Shown here in pieces: positions 62,482 to 64,000 of a stretch of DNA of 64,000 bases. The stretch's first letter is position 1. Each line of letters begins with the position of its first letter. Source of the DNA: Somniosus microcephalus. Lineage: Eukaryota. The notes under the pieces are model-generated. The model was not told where the DNA came from. It saw nothing but the letters and a program-made list of their open reading frames with translations, and made no database searches. The stretch is taken from positions 43,090,001-43,154,000 of the forward strand of contig CM126204.1 in assembly GCA_052327205.1 (NCBI GenBank), read 5' to 3'. The position numbers and the translations under genes are program-made.

Positions 62482-63753
62482 TTGATACGCTTATCAATTA
62501 CTTCATAAAAGGTGATGAGTCGAAGAAGAGATGATGAGTCGAAAGAAGAGATGAATAAGGCTTTTATTAGCTAAGAAGAGACCATGCTTCTTCGTGAGTG
62601 ACTGAACAAGTCTGAACGAAACCCACACAGTGGTGGGTGGAGTCAGCTGAGGCATGCCTCCATACACAGCGCCACCCAGAGGTGGCAATATACAATACAG
62701 TGGTTTACCACAAGATGGTAATGGGACACTGAGTATTTCCAGCATTTTCTGTTTTTGTTTCAGATTTCCAGCATCCGCAGCATTTTGCTTCTGCATTATC
62801 TACTAATCAGATCTCAGCGGCACCCAGGTGGCCTACAGAGACTTACATCAGATGTCAAATATAAGGGGGCAATTGGCACTGGTTCTCCCAGGACAGGAAT
62901 GGTAATGTGAAAGTGCCTTAACTAGACCAGTGGGCCTCACCAAATTGCAGTTATGTAGAATGTTAAATTCAAATGTGAGGGGGAACAACAAGATTATACA
63001 AAACTTTATGGTTATGGTGTGTATGTTCAGCATTGTCTTCATGCCATCTTTGTTGAGCAAACTGCATCTGTTTTGAAAGTAAAAGCCTCATTCCCCTGTA
63101 TTACACTTCACCTTCTGACATTCAAAGACCTCCTTGCGGTTACTCCTCGTGTTTGCTCCAGAACAAAGGTGCTTCATTTGCAAAACAAAGGGAGCCCATT
63201 GTTTGCTTAATAACTGCCAGAAGAAAAGACTGAAGAATGGTCACCTCTGCAGTGCCAGCACTATTTGTTCATGCAGGGAGTAGAGTCAAATGTGAGGCTA
63301 ACTGAACAGGAAAAGTTCAAGAAGCACACTGCACTCAAAACGTAAGGTGAGATACAAGAGTATGCTGATATTGGTTTTGTGCTGCATAACTGGGCAAGAG
63401 ATGTGAAGTGTTCCTTCATGTAAGTGTGAAGCTGGATTGTCTGATTAGTTGTGCTTGATAATTGTGTGTAATCAATCAGGAAAAGGGGTGGAAAACCATT
63501 ATGCCAGGTGTCTGCTCACAGAAATACATGGAGGTTACAGCATGGAAACAAACCTTTTGGCCCAACCACTCCGTGTTGGCGTTTACCCTCTGTGTTGATT
63601 TGTATGTGGGTTCAATGACGACACATTCATGAAAGAGAATGTCTTTTTATCTAAAGTATGTTCAACTCAGTTAACAGCATTACAGGAGACACCATCTTAG
63701 AGATCCATCTAAAACTAAACTAAAACTAAACTGCTTATCTCTCACATGCCCTC

Positions 63754-63823
63754 TGCTGGTCAGGCATAAATAATCAATCAGGCAAATATGCTGGTAAGGC
63801 ATAAATAATCAAACAGGCAGATA
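63754..63823. repeat. 35-bp tandem duplication
   Basis: TGCTGGTCAGGCATAAATAATCAATCAGGCAAATA twice, 3 mismatches. Confidence 0.8.
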
Positions 63824-63906
63824 CCATCACTATTTGCTGATATCATTACACTCTCCATATGAGCAAATAGTTCTAATCACATCTACACACCCTGTTCTGT
63901 ATTCCA

Positions 63907-64000
63907 GTGTCAGCTGTGGCTCAGTGGGTAGCACACTTGCCTCTGAGTCAGAAGGTTGTGGGTTCAAATCCCACTCCAGGGACTTGAACACATAAATCCA
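63907..64000 (+). mobile_element. SacSINE1-like SINE tRNA-derived head (runs off the window)
   Basis: A box TGGCTCAGTGG, B box GGTTCAAATCC, then CACTCCAGGGACTTGA. Confidence 0.82.

Larger units (their letters stand above)
58360..62712 (-). mobile_element. Young full-length Ty3/Gypsy retrotransposon without a tRNA PBS
   Basis: 230-bp LTRs at 58360-58589 and 62483-62712, identical by eye; TSD AGATG; PPT AAGGGGTGAA. Confidence 0.97.
58124..62788. mobile_element. Short inverted Penelope pseudo-LTR insertion hosting a Gypsy provirus
   Basis: Minus-strand arm 58124-58359 plus 62713-62728; plus-strand arm 62730-62788; flanking repeat TTCTGCATTATCTACTAAT at 58105-58123 and 62789-62807; hammerhead at 58185-58221 (-). 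Confidence 0.85.

Noticed and set aside
63907-63980. tRNA gene
   Set aside because: A and B boxes are present but there is no clean acceptor stem, and it runs into SINE body sequence.

Overview
Vertebrate genomic DNA, almost certainly from a cartilaginous fish (shark), judged from the repeat content: shark-type CR1 LINEs, SacSINE1-like DeuSINEs, Penelope-like elements, Tx1, L2 and Rex1/Babar. I recognise no host protein-coding exon; the window looks intergenic or deep intronic, and nearly all listed ORFs are transposon fragments or antisense noise. It holds three Ty3/Gypsy proviruses (13832-18669, 51017-55049, 58360-62712), a four-level nest (ancient SINE > Tx1 LINE > partial-tandem Penelope > CR1), many Penelope pseudo-LTRs with minimal hammerhead ribozymes, hairpin-rich Harbinger-like MITEs and a 30-bp minisatellite. 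The most striking signal is evidence for tRNA-independent self-priming in a Gypsy lineage. The young provirus at 58360-62712 has no tRNA primer-binding site (PBS); the 13 nt after its 5' LTR are complementary to the AATAAA region of its own LTR. A related LTR at 31667-32024 looks like a captured plus-strand strong-stop cDNA that still carries a copy of a 64-nt self-primer running from the predicted transcription start to the poly(A) signal. All family names come from motif recognition, not database searches.
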